Part shown: positions 38,801 through 49,038 of the stretch, one piece after another
Position numbering within the stretch: the stretch's first letter is position 1
How the letters are laid out: each line of letters begins with the position of its first letter
Source of the DNA: Macrostomum hystrix
Taxonomy: Eukaryota; Animalia; Platyhelminthes
Assembly: GCA_950097015.1 (NCBI GenBank)
Contig: CATNEN010000008.1
Span: 1,364,001-1,428,000 of the forward strand
DNA length: 64,000 bases
Direction of reading: 5' to 3'
The notes under the pieces: generated by a model
The model's input: only the letters and a program-made list of their open reading frames with translations
Database searches by the model: none
Told to the model about the DNA's origin: nothing
Made by a program: the position numbers and the translations under genes

Positions 38801-39962
38801 TCAGTCGGATGCGTGCAAGTCGAGCCGGATCGACGGACTTTCGTTGCTGCTGCTGCTGGTGGTGGTGGGCGTTTGAGCGACTGCGCTTTGGCGGCTGCGG
38901 AGCGGCAGCTTGCTCACTGTCGCTGTTTTCTTGAGATGCTGAGAAGGCAAAGAGAACAATATAGGTTAGAAAAAGTCATTTAGATTGTCATATCAAGCAA
39001 CTTTTTAGATTGTATTTATAGTTCCGCTGTAGCTACGCGATAATGCTACAGGAAGTTACGGCTACAGGAAGTTACGGACACGGGAAGTTACGGAAACGGA
39101 AAGTCACAGCTAAATGAAGTTACGGCTAGAGGAAGATACGGATACAGGAAGATACGGATACAGGAAGATACGGATACAGGAAGTTACGGATACAGGAAGA
39201 TACGGATACAGGAAGATACGGATACAGGAAGATACGGATACAGGAAGATACGGCTACGGGAAGTTACGGACACGGGAGGTGAAAGCTACGGGAAGTTACG
39301 GACACGGGAGGTGAAAGCTACGGGAACATAGAAGTTACGGCTATGGAACTTTTTGGACAAAAGTTACGGATAAGGATATGGTTAACGGAACTTTTTAAAA
39401 TAGTTTTGACCGGGCTTTTGTACCGGAGGTCAAAACAGGAGTAGAAACCGGATACTATTTGACATCCTTGATTGATTGATTGCTGCTTGATTTGCTGTTT
39501 CCGACATCGTCAGTCACTAGCTACAATATCATAATTGTTTGTTGCAAAAATCGAACTGAGGTAAAAAGTCTAAATTCCATTGACTAGTTAGACATTTCAC
39601 AGTCTTTATAATTTACCATCATCACAGTCGCCCTCGACGCCGCCACCCCGGCCCAATTCGGCCATGACTTTGTAGGCCTCGCGATGCACGGCGTCAACCC
39701 GACCGGCGTAGATTTTTGCCCCGGCGTCTAGAGAGCTGCTGGCCAACTGAAAATTGGCAAACTCATCGTCGCCTTTCACTAGGCCCTCCAAATAGTCGAT
39801 TAGATTTAGAGCGAATGCATTCTTAGCAGAGATCTTGCCTTCAGCTGACAGGCGCATACAGTTCTCGTATTCGCTTAGCTGCCTAGCCGACAGGTGTCTA
39901 GTTAAGTTATGCGACGCTGAAGCCGCAGACATAGACGTCGACGCGTTAGCATCACTCGCCAT
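35893..39962 (-). CDS. NCAPH: Condensin I kleisin subunit CAP-H (barren/BRRN1); exons 39617-39962, 38070-38938, 36204-37010, 35893-35994 (about 707 aa)
   Basis: N-terminal CMRLSAEGKISAKNAFALNLIDY...NFQLASSSLDAGAKIYAGRVDAVH, central DPLFHQQAAAYDES, C-terminal LAYARTAKRVDARRLKRAMW...FNCLLHLAGEQ|KLHLESQADLSDV. All introns are GT-AG and the phases are consistent. Confidence 0.93.
39045..39350. repeat. 16-bp minisatellite (NCAPH intron 1)
   Basis: Unit caggaagatacggata. Confidence 0.9.
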
Positions 39963-41460
39963 TGAAGATTATTAACTCACAGCGGCAACTGAAAGTTTGC
40001 AGAAAACAATAAAAATGACTCACTTAGACAATGTGAGCTCATCTGTCTTAAGCACTAACTTTGCATAAGGAATAATACTTAAGCAAAACATGATACTAAC
40101 AATTTTACAGATTTTAATAAACTTAAGCTTAAAAAATGCAACAGAAATATTGAAGTGAGCGACTAGTCTAGCTATTGTGGTGTGGTGTCATTTGTAAGTC
40201 AGTGCAGTACCTATTTAAAAATGCACCATTTTTATTTTCCATTGTGGACAACAACTTTTTGTCTGAGCCAGGCTTCTCAAAACCTCAATTCTTTCTCTTC
40301 TGTTTAGTACCGCTTCTTTACCTGCACTCAGCACTTGATTTATTTGTCTCCTGCATCCTCTACTCAGTCTGTTTGTCTACCCTCTTGCCACCAACTTTTA
40401 CCCCACTGACACTATTGTTTATTTTTGCTTCAGCAGCTTCCCTGCCTTATTCATAAATAATTTGTATTATATAGTTTACGGTTAAATAACACTTATTTTT
40501 TAACAACCTAGGCAACAGCAAGTAAATAATAAATCTGGTGTAACATTGGTAAAAAGGCTTGTTATATTTATGATATAGCTAAGGCTATGAAAGCAAGATA
40601 TAGAACCAGACTAGTGAAGGTTAAACAGCTTAACTATAGAAGAGAAGGCACAAATCAAATTAATGGCTGAATTTCAAAATAAAGACCAGCCATCAATTTT
40701 GTTTCTGCTTTCTCTTCTCTAGTTTTGGCCATCATCATTAGTGGGCTTAAGAATACTTATCCATATACTTATACTTAAGTATACCTATCCATAGAAACTT
40801 TAAGGCATGAAGCATGACATAAAAAGAATTCATGCCAATTAGCCCACAGCATTTATAATTTAAATTAGCCATTATCTGATCAAACAGCTAAATATCTATA
40901 AAAAAGATTGGGTTTTTGCTCAATAAAAATACATTTGGCATCATACCTAGCTATATTATATATATGCAACCAAATTCAAAGCTGATATAAATAAAATACA
41001 AAAGTAACAATGTTTTGGCATATTTTTGTTACTTTGAATGAGTCTTAAATATTGCAATTAAATTATGATTCGATCTTTAGAGCCATAGAATTAGTCTTGA
41101 TTTTTTAATGTTTATCACCCTAATATATCCAAGATCAAGAAACAAATTCAAAAAAAATAATTAGGCCTATTGAAGCCTTGTAAAGAAGAATAAAATATTA
41201 CCATTAAAAGTTGAACACAAAATGCATCTGCTTATTTTTTATTGGACTGTTGAAGTCAAGTCAAGTTCTCAATAGCAAATAGCCTTGCTATTGTAATGGT
41301 CATAAGTTTATGAAATTATCAATATATAAGGCAAAGCAAAGTCAACAAAAATATGCAAAAAGTTAGTAAAACATCTAATAACTAAACAATCAAGACATTA
41401 CTATACTTAGAGAAATAATAGCATCTTCTTAACTTCTTACTTGACACAATCTACTTGGAA

Positions 41461-41663
41461 GCCATAGTCAGGAAGCTGGCCTCTAAGGGGGAAAATTCCC
41501 ATGCAAATTGGCATACAAGCGTGGTGCACACAAAGGGTCTTAGGTTAACAAAGGGTGCTTTTCTGTGTAGGGTCAGGGTTAGGGGACAGAAACAGCGCAC
41601 AGATGGAGCACAAATTGTCCTTCCAAAATTTATTCCAGCGCATGCTACCTTCCTGACTATGGC
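41461..41663. mobile_element. 203-bp MITE with 15-bp TIR and 6-bp TSD
   Basis: gccatagtcaggaag ... cttcctgactatggc, flanked on both sides by ttggaa (41455-41460 and 41664-41669). Internal gggtcagggttagggg. Confidence 0.75.
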
Positions 41664-42389
41664 TTGGAAGGAGATAAATAAAACAGAAAGGGCGTAAAAA
41701 AGAAGGGAATGCTTTTTTGTTGGGTAGCAGTGTAGCACATATGACAACAATTAATTTTCTTTGTTAGGTTCCTGATGAATAGTGTTGCTACAATTTGTTG
41801 GGCAGTTCAGTTGTGCATTTTTCAACTATGCTCGTATAAGTGTATGTATGCTCATATTGCACTGCCTTGCATGTGCAAGCATTTTAGATTAGATAAGCAT
41901 TTATCTTATTATTCATACTTTATATTTGTATCCTTTATGGTTGTATAACACTATGAATTGACAATATATATGGACCTGCTATATAGTATAGTTTCATTTT
42001 ACTTTACATAGCCAATGCATACAACATTTAATGATTGTAAAACAGACTGCTAAAAATCACTAAAGCTGATACCTGATGCACATTATTTAGTTAGGCCTAG
42101 TTAGATGTTTAGGGGCCTACAAGTTCTATTAAATAGCAGTTAAATCAATATTTTGTTTAAAGAAAAAATCAGTGGTGGAGTTGCAAATGTCCTCACAATC
42201 ACATGTCTAAATCAAGCATTTGTAAAGCTGCATATGCGTTATAATTGGAAATCCACAATAGCAGCGACAATGAATAGGGCCTAGCATGAATTGGACAATG
42301 AATAGTGTCCGATGAATAGCAGCGACAATATTCATTCGGAAATCGACAAATGAAGTCCAAATTATTTACCCTCCACCCGTCGAAAAATC

Positions 42390-42811
42390 GGATCCTAGAC
42401 ACTTCGTCATCTTACAACTTCGTCATCCACTTGGAAGGTAGGACACTTCGTCATCCAGCCAATTGGCATGCTTTAAAGTTTGGTCAGTTCGTCATCTACT
42501 AATAACAAGCAATCTAGTTCGTCATCAATAAAGTGAGGGTGGGGTGGTGGGGCAGGGGTGTGAACACACTTCACACTCTCAATTGTCAAAAAGGTGTCAA
42601 AACTGATTTCATTATAAGAGTTGAAAGATAGGTGCCAACACGATGTGAGGAGGGGTGGGGAGGGGTGGTTCTGTTCTAACTTTGAAAACTTTTGTTTTAT
42701 AGATGACGAAGTGTCCACAAGTATAAGTCCCTTCGTCATCCACCCTCTGAGATATTGAACAGATCGTCATCTGAATGACGAAGTTGTAAGATGACGAAGT
42801 GTGCAGGCACC
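42390..42811. mobile_element. 422-bp non-autonomous DNA transposon (GG...CC termini, 8-9-bp TSD; MULE/Merlin-like)
   Basis: TIR core acacttcgtcatcttacaacttcgtcat / atgacgaagttgtaagatgacgaagtgt with many internal ttcgtcat subrepeats. TSD gaaaaatc at 42382-42389 and 42812-42819. A decayed end fragment lies at about 43268-43325. Confidence 0.78.
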
Positions 42812-44650
42812 GAAAAATCAATACCGTAAGGCGTAGAGAAACAAAACAACTGCAAAAAGCTTCGAATTCGAAAGCGAAACGAACATAAAGTTTTCTATGA
42901 ACAACATTATACAAAAGGCTGTTTGAAAAATTAAGTTTTTTTCTATATAAAACTTGTATGGTATTTTTCGATGACTAAGCTCTATTTATAAGTTAAAAGT
43001 CTGACTCTTAAATGTTTTGTTTTAATTGGTCATTCTATATTGTGTTGAACAACTATTTTTAATTTTAGCATTCAGTTTGTAGATCTCGTTAATATGGTTT
43101 CTTGTTAATTTGGTATTTGTCTTTTGTAAGTTGCTAAAGAATTAAGAGAACTATATCAAGCAAGCTGACCCAAAAAACTATGGTACCTTTATACTATTTT
43201 CGAATATTTCTTTATGTTCTAAATGATTTTCAGAAGTTCTCTATAGATAGATGTTTTATAAAACTCGACACTGTCATCTTACAACTATGTCATCCACTTT
43301 GATGATCTGACACTTAGTCATCCACTAGATAATTATTATTTTGTATTATATTTTAACTTAGTACTAATTGGCATTTGTGCTTATGGCGGAGAACCTCTAT
43401 CTCTAAGCCTCCCCACAAATGTTGCATTCAACAATTAATTCTAATTAATTATAAAGAAATCACCTGGCTAGGCCTAGTCTTTGTAAGGCAAATAAGCTGC
43501 AAATATACTAGCAGTCGCAGTAGTAGCTGCTTCCTTAGCTTTTAATTGTTGCTGAATAACATGAACACTGATCATCAGTGCAAAAAGGCTTGGTGGCCTT
43601 GAATCATTACTAGCATAGTCATAGGGTAATGTATCATCAACCAAACAAGAATGTGTATTTTTTTAACTTCAAACCTAAGCTACAGATTTTCTATTTAAGA
43701 TATGATGATAAATCAAAAGCCAAGTTATAGAAAACAGTTACATCTTTCTAAAAAGTATCTGCTTTTGCTATTTTGACAAATAGAAAAAAGTAATTCCTGC
43801 TTTTTATCTAAAACCGAACAATGATTTTCATGTATCTTCAAACCAAACAGAGTATTTGATGTTTGGTTTTACTATTTGAGTGAGTGGTTTAATCTTCTTT
43901 TTAAGGAGTGATCTATCATGAATTATGTCATTTGAAAGCATTTTTCATGCTCTATAAATAACTACATTTATGGTCATTTAATTGGCAAACAACCACATAC
44001 AATCTTTGTCTAAAGTACATACTGAAAAAATGTTGTTAAAAATTATGCTTTTGCAATAAAAATTTCTAAAAAATCAATATCTTTTTTTCCTCTTAATGCT
44101 TCATTGCACATCATGCCTCAGCTTGTAGATAATTTCTTCAACTTTCAAATTAGTTGTTCTGTGAAACACAATAGCTTGTTTCTGTCTTGCACGAGACCAA
44201 GGAAGGAGTCAAAATTCTTGTTCGGTTTTGAAGATACACTGTTCGGTTGATGATACATTACCGTAGTCAAAATGACTAGCATAGTCATTTTCATTATATC
44301 CCTTCTGCACTTTAGATCAAATAAGGTCCATGTGAGGCCCATTTTATAAGATCTCTAGCATCAATATTTTAAGCTAGGCACTGGCTAAGCTAGTAGACTG
44401 GTATATGGACTGTCTGAGCTGAGCACTGTTCAACTGGCAGGCAGAGGCTTAGGCTAGAATTAATGCTAATTGCACAATCTGTTGCTTGTTAATCTAGGTT
44501 GACATGTCTTGGTTCTACTTAGAGTTGTTTAGCATCTGCATGCTCTGAGCATGGATTTTGCTGGTTATCTACATATCTTGTCAATGTTTTAAAGTCTTGA
44601 AAGTCAATGAGGCAGATTTTGACTTTAGCACTTAGTAGCAATTAGAATTT

Positions 44651-45153
44651 ACCTTTTTGCATTCTAGTTGGTTATTTTTGCGATCAAGTTGGACAGACTG
44701 CTGAGGCTCAGACTGTGCTAAATTGCCTGCAATCAAATGTAGGATTGACCATAGATCTTGTGTTGGTCTTTTTTGCGTTCTATTTGGACAAAAATCTCTT
44801 CCCTCTCCTGTCCTCTCCATCTCTTTAGTCATCATGGGTGAGCATGGCCCATATTTGAAAATTAATGCTGTCATTCTTAGTTAATGTTTGATGTTAATGT
44901 TTGTTTATTGTCACTGTAACTGTCGCCGTTGCCTCTCTACCTGCCTGATTACAGTTTTTTCTTTTGTTCCTGATGCGGATTCTATCCTAGCAAAGTCTTG
45001 TCCAAATAGAACGCAAAAAGACCAACTAGAGTGCAAAAGACTTGGCTGTCTATGGTCAATCCTACATTCAATTGTAGGCGATTTAGCGCACTCTGAGCCT
45101 TAGCAGTCTGTCCAACTTGATCGCAAAAATAATCAACTAGAATGCAAAAAGGT
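44651..45153. repeat. Long imperfect inverted repeat (arms 44651-44791 and 44998-45153)
   Basis: acctttttgcattctagttg..ttatttttgcgatcaagttggacagactgct... pairs with agcagtctgtccaacttgatcgcaaaaataa..caactagaatgcaaaaaggt. The loop is about 200 bp. Confidence 0.85.
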
Positions 45154-46016
45154 TATAGTAATGTTGCTTATTCACTCATAATTCTAGTGAACTCATCAAC
45201 TTCCAATGGAGAGCTCAACATACTAAGTTTTTTCCACATAGACAAACCTATTGGAGCAAATAGGGGTTTTTGCCAACAGCGTCCAGCACGCTTGTGAAAA
45301 ATTGCCTACGCAGCTACGCAGAAAGAAATTTCTGTCTGTGTGGCTGTGCCTTGTGTGTGTAAAGTTGTTGTAAGTATGTAGATGTATAACAAACAGTGCA
45401 CCCTTGTGCCCTACACTAACATCTTGTGTTCTTTATAAGTTTATATTTTGTAATGCATTTACATATACAAGTACATGTAGATGCAATGCTAGTAGTGAAT
45501 GCTAGATTCTATTTCTAATTCTAATTCTATTCTATTCTAAGCTGTTCTATTTTTAGAAATACACTACAGAGAAATAAAAAAACGTGTTTTGACATTTTTT
45601 GCAAAATCAATCACCACGTTCAGTCAGACTGAAGATATTTAGACTGAAGATACAATATTGAAGATAAATAGCAATTGCGCTCTTTTTCTTGAAACCAATC
45701 TGCGCACCTGTGTGCCTAGCAGAAGTGTCTCCAGCTTTTTTAAATTTGCTCTATTAGAGCATAGAGAAAACTATAAATAGTTTATTATGTCAATGTTTGA
45801 TAGCCCATTAAAATTGCTGCTTGTATTGTAGTTCAAACTCTTCACAGCCTCTAATCTAAAAAAAATTTGTTTAGCTAAATGTTGCTTTAATGGTGTTACT
45901 ATATGAATTTGAATGGGGACAATATTGTTCTTCTTACTTTTCTGCTATTAAAAGCCATTCAAAGCATTTAGTCAACACTTCAAACAACTTTTTCAGTTAA
46001 AACAATTAGTGTAGAA

Positions 46017-48269
46017 ATGTCTTTTAAATTGCTTCCCAAGTCAACTGAGGAGTTTTCTGACAACAAGTTTTGGGAAGGCTTTTTTAAAACACGCGGAAGC
46101 AAAGCATTTGAATGGTATGTCCACTAACTGTGTTTGTTGATGTTTTATAATATAGCTGTATTAGAATTATGTCATACAAGCTGCCTTGTCAATTTAAAAC
46201 TTAGGTATGGCGAGTACCAAGACATGGTGGACCTGTGGGCTCAGTATGTTAAATCTGGCGATCGAGTGCTAAACATTGGCTGTGGCAATTCTAATCTAGG
46301 TGCCGAACTACACGATCGACAGGGCTGCGATGTGCTATGCATTGACACCAGCGACACAGTTGTGCAGCAAATGACACAAAAGCACAACAAGCGGCCCCGC
46401 CTAACCTATCGGGTTATGGATGCTGCTAACCTAGCTGGCCTCGATGACGCTAGCTTCGCATGTGCCGTTGATAAAGGCACATTAGATGCGCTAATGTCTT
46501 CGTCTGGCTCGGCGGAAGGCGTAGTCGACAATATGCTTGCTGAAGTGCATCGGATACTGCGTATTGGCGGTCGGCATCTGATTGTTAGTTTGTGCCAAAG
46601 ACAGGTTGTAGATAAACTGTTGCAGCACATCTCCGCTAGGTTAGTGTGCTTTTTTATTGTTATTCATCTAATCTATGAGCGTAGCTGATATGTGCAATAA
46701 TGAAATTTCTGGTCCGTGTTACTGACCACCCATCTAGTGGCGCTGCTGATTCATTTAACCAGAACTGTGTGTTGGTTGATTTACAATGTATTTGTAAATG
46801 ATTTTCCCTCCCTTTAATTTTAAACAATTTCTTAACCTAATTTCGTTGCTACGCACCCTTGTTTTAGGCCGTGGATAGCGCGAATTCACCAAGCCACCGC
46901 CGCCTCGGCTTCAGACTCGTCAGGCTTTCCTCTGCCAGTATTCTTCATCGCTTTAACAAAACTGCGACCGCCTGCTGCGGCTGCCTCATCCGCATCTTCC
47001 ATTGTACAGGTCCAAGACGCTTATTCAACAGGTCCACCAGAACGGCTGGATTCCATTTCCAGTTTGGCTGAATGGATTCGTCAAGTTCAGCTCACCACAT
47101 ATTCACTTTCTAGGCCTACTAAAAGTGACACAGCCACGCAATTCTCTTACACGTGCGGTCGCACGGGCCTGCCAACATTCACCTGCCATCTGTTGACGCA
47201 TCCAACTGCTCCTTCTCGACGTCGCTCCGGCTACGCCGTCTTCATCGAACCATTGAACTCCGCCTCTTCATCTGGAATGTCGCCTGAGAAGCGCAGAGAA
47301 CTATTAGACAGTCAGCCGAATCTGCGTCGATTATTGTTTGTTCGCCTTCATCCATGGCTCTATTATCAATCTGATAGCGCGTTGCAGGCCTCATTATCTC
47401 GTTTAGTGATGGCATTCGCGCCTCGGCCAGACATACCAGAATCTGATGTGCCCTTCTTAAGCACTGGCAAATCGGCTTATCCATATCAAACTGTTGCTAG
47501 CGAGGCTGGCTATGTTGTTGAACAGTCTAGCGACCAAAACGATTTTCGACTTCTTAAACATGACAGTGACTTGTCGCCATTGTTATGCCGAGCCAATAAA
47601 GCTCTGTTAAAATCGGCTGACGACAATTCAAATATCGCCGACATTGTCGCTGAAGCTGGCGACAATCCGCTTGGTCGCCTACTTGACGCCCTGATCAATG
47701 ATAGGGCCACCTCCGCTTTTATTAATTGGCCATGGGATCTTGACTGGCTACTAACTTCAGAGCGGCGTCGAGCCGATCGTCCTTCACCCTCGCTTCATTG
47801 TTTGCCCACATCACCAGCTATTAGTTTGCTATTGAAGCATTTCAACATGACCTGGTGCAATCAGTTGCCTAGTCGTGAGGATTCCGCTTGTTTTAAACTT
47901 GTAGCCGTATTCCCACCGGCTGAGTCTCTGGCCGCGTACTCTAGTGCTATGTCATCTGAGTCTATCTTCAGTCTCGCAGATATTGTTGACAGCAACTGCG
48001 GCTGCTTGTTGTTTGCAACGCGTCTGTTTGATAAGAAACCGGTCGTTGCAGGCGTCAATGCCCGTGCCATCGATTTGTTGCGTCAATCCGGTAAATTTGT
48101 TAGCGTCTGTTGCGCAACATTTTTCGAATCGGACAGCGCAGACCATGACGACGCGGAAAATGAACGAAGCCGTTGCTGGATTGCATTCGCGTCTGCAAGT
48201 GCGGAGTCTGCTGATCGTGCCATTAGCTTAATCTCTAATCTTCCTGGCGTTCAGTTTATCAGCAAATGA
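46017..48269 (+). CDS. METTL13: METTL13/eEF1A-KNMT-like methyltransferase; exons 46017-46114, 46205-46639, 46868-48269 (644 aa)
   Basis: MSFKLLPKSTEEFSDNKFWEGFFKTRGSKAFEW|YGEY...VLNIGCGNS...VDKGTLDAL is the METTL13 N-terminal class I MTase domain. The linker has PLPVFFIALTKLR, YAVFIEP, RRLLFVRLH and VPFLS. Both introns are phase 2 GT-AG. Confidence 0.9.
46694..46772 (+). ncRNA. SNORD18: U18/SNORD18-like box C/D snoRNA copy 1 (degenerate boxes), in METTL13 intron 2
   Basis: Box C variant ATAATGA at 46697, guide TGGTCCGTGTTA, D' CTGA, ccac/gtgg stem, C' TGCTGA, then accagaa and box D mutated to CTGT. Confidence 0.6.
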
Positions 48270-48497
48270 TGAATCCTTGGATGTTAAAGCCAAGGGCATA
48301 ATAACCGAATGCATAGTTATTTTTTTAATGGTTTAGTTAGATAGAAGACAACTTTTTAATATAAAATACACATCCAGATGGCATTTAAAGAATCTTGTTT
48401 TGCCAAGTTTTCAAACCTGTAGACGGTCGTTTGTTTTTTTACATATATGTGCCAAAAAAAATATTACAGTAGATCCTAGAGCAGATAATTAATATTT

Positions 48498-48576
48498 GCA
48501 ATGATGATATTTCTGGTCCGTGTTACTTACCACCCATTATAGTGGTGCTGCTGATAATCATACCAGAACTGATTGC
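48498..48576 (+). ncRNA. SNORD18: U18-like box C/D snoRNA copy 2
   Basis: Terminal stem gcaa/ttgc, box C ATGATGA at 48501, guide TGGTCCGTGTTA, D' degenerate CTTA, box D CTGA at 48569. Confidence 0.75.
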
Positions 48577-48625
48577 GACTATTTTAACATGTTTATATAG
48601 TTCAATTATGATTTATATTAAAGAG

Positions 48626-48696
48626 ATGATGAAATATCTGGTCCGTGTTTCTGATTACCCACTCTGCGGTAATGCTGATAATCATACCAGAACTGA
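48626..48696 (+). ncRNA. SNORD18: U18-like box C/D snoRNA copy 3
   Basis: ATGATGA...TGGTCCGTGTTT-CTGA(D')-ttacc/ggtaa stem-TGCTGA(C')...accagaa-CTGA(D). The guide is complementary to LSU rRNA AAACACGGACCA. Confidence 0.88.
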
Positions 48697-48737
48697 AACT
48701 TGTTAATCTTTGTAAATCTTATGTTATACAATTGGCT

Positions 48738-48808
48738 ATGATGAGATTTCTGGTCCGTGTTTCTGATTACCCACTCTGCGGTAATGCTGATAATCATACC
48801 AGAACTGA
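48738..48808 (+). ncRNA. SNORD18: U18-like box C/D snoRNA copy 4
   Basis: Intact C, D', C', D boxes and the same guide. Lies 112 bp after copy 3. Confidence 0.88.
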
Positions 48809-48849
48809 AACTTGTTAATCTTTGTAAATCTTATGTTATACAATTGGCT

Positions 48850-48920
48850 ATGATGAGATTTCTGGTCCGTGTTTCTGATTACCCACTCTGCGGTAATGCT
48901 GATAATCATACCAGAACTGA
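48850..48920 (+). ncRNA. SNORD18: U18-like box C/D snoRNA copy 5
   Basis: Identical to copy 4 and 112 bp later. Flanking tggc/gcca terminal stem. Confidence 0.9.
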
Positions 48921-49038
48921 GTGCCAGTCTTTCTTCTGTTATGCTAACTTGTATTATAAGGTCCCCTAGTTTGGCAGTCTAGACCCACGCCGCTCCCACG
49001 CAATAATTAAACTTTGCATTTCAGCTTAAAGTGTCAGC

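Noticed and set aside
48264-48310. TGA-TGA followed by a ccttgg/ccaagg hairpin after the METTL13 stop (SECIS, readthrough or C/D box C?)
   Set aside because: It lacks the 3' GA of the SECIS core and has no downstream box D or guide. Most likely a chance hairpin.
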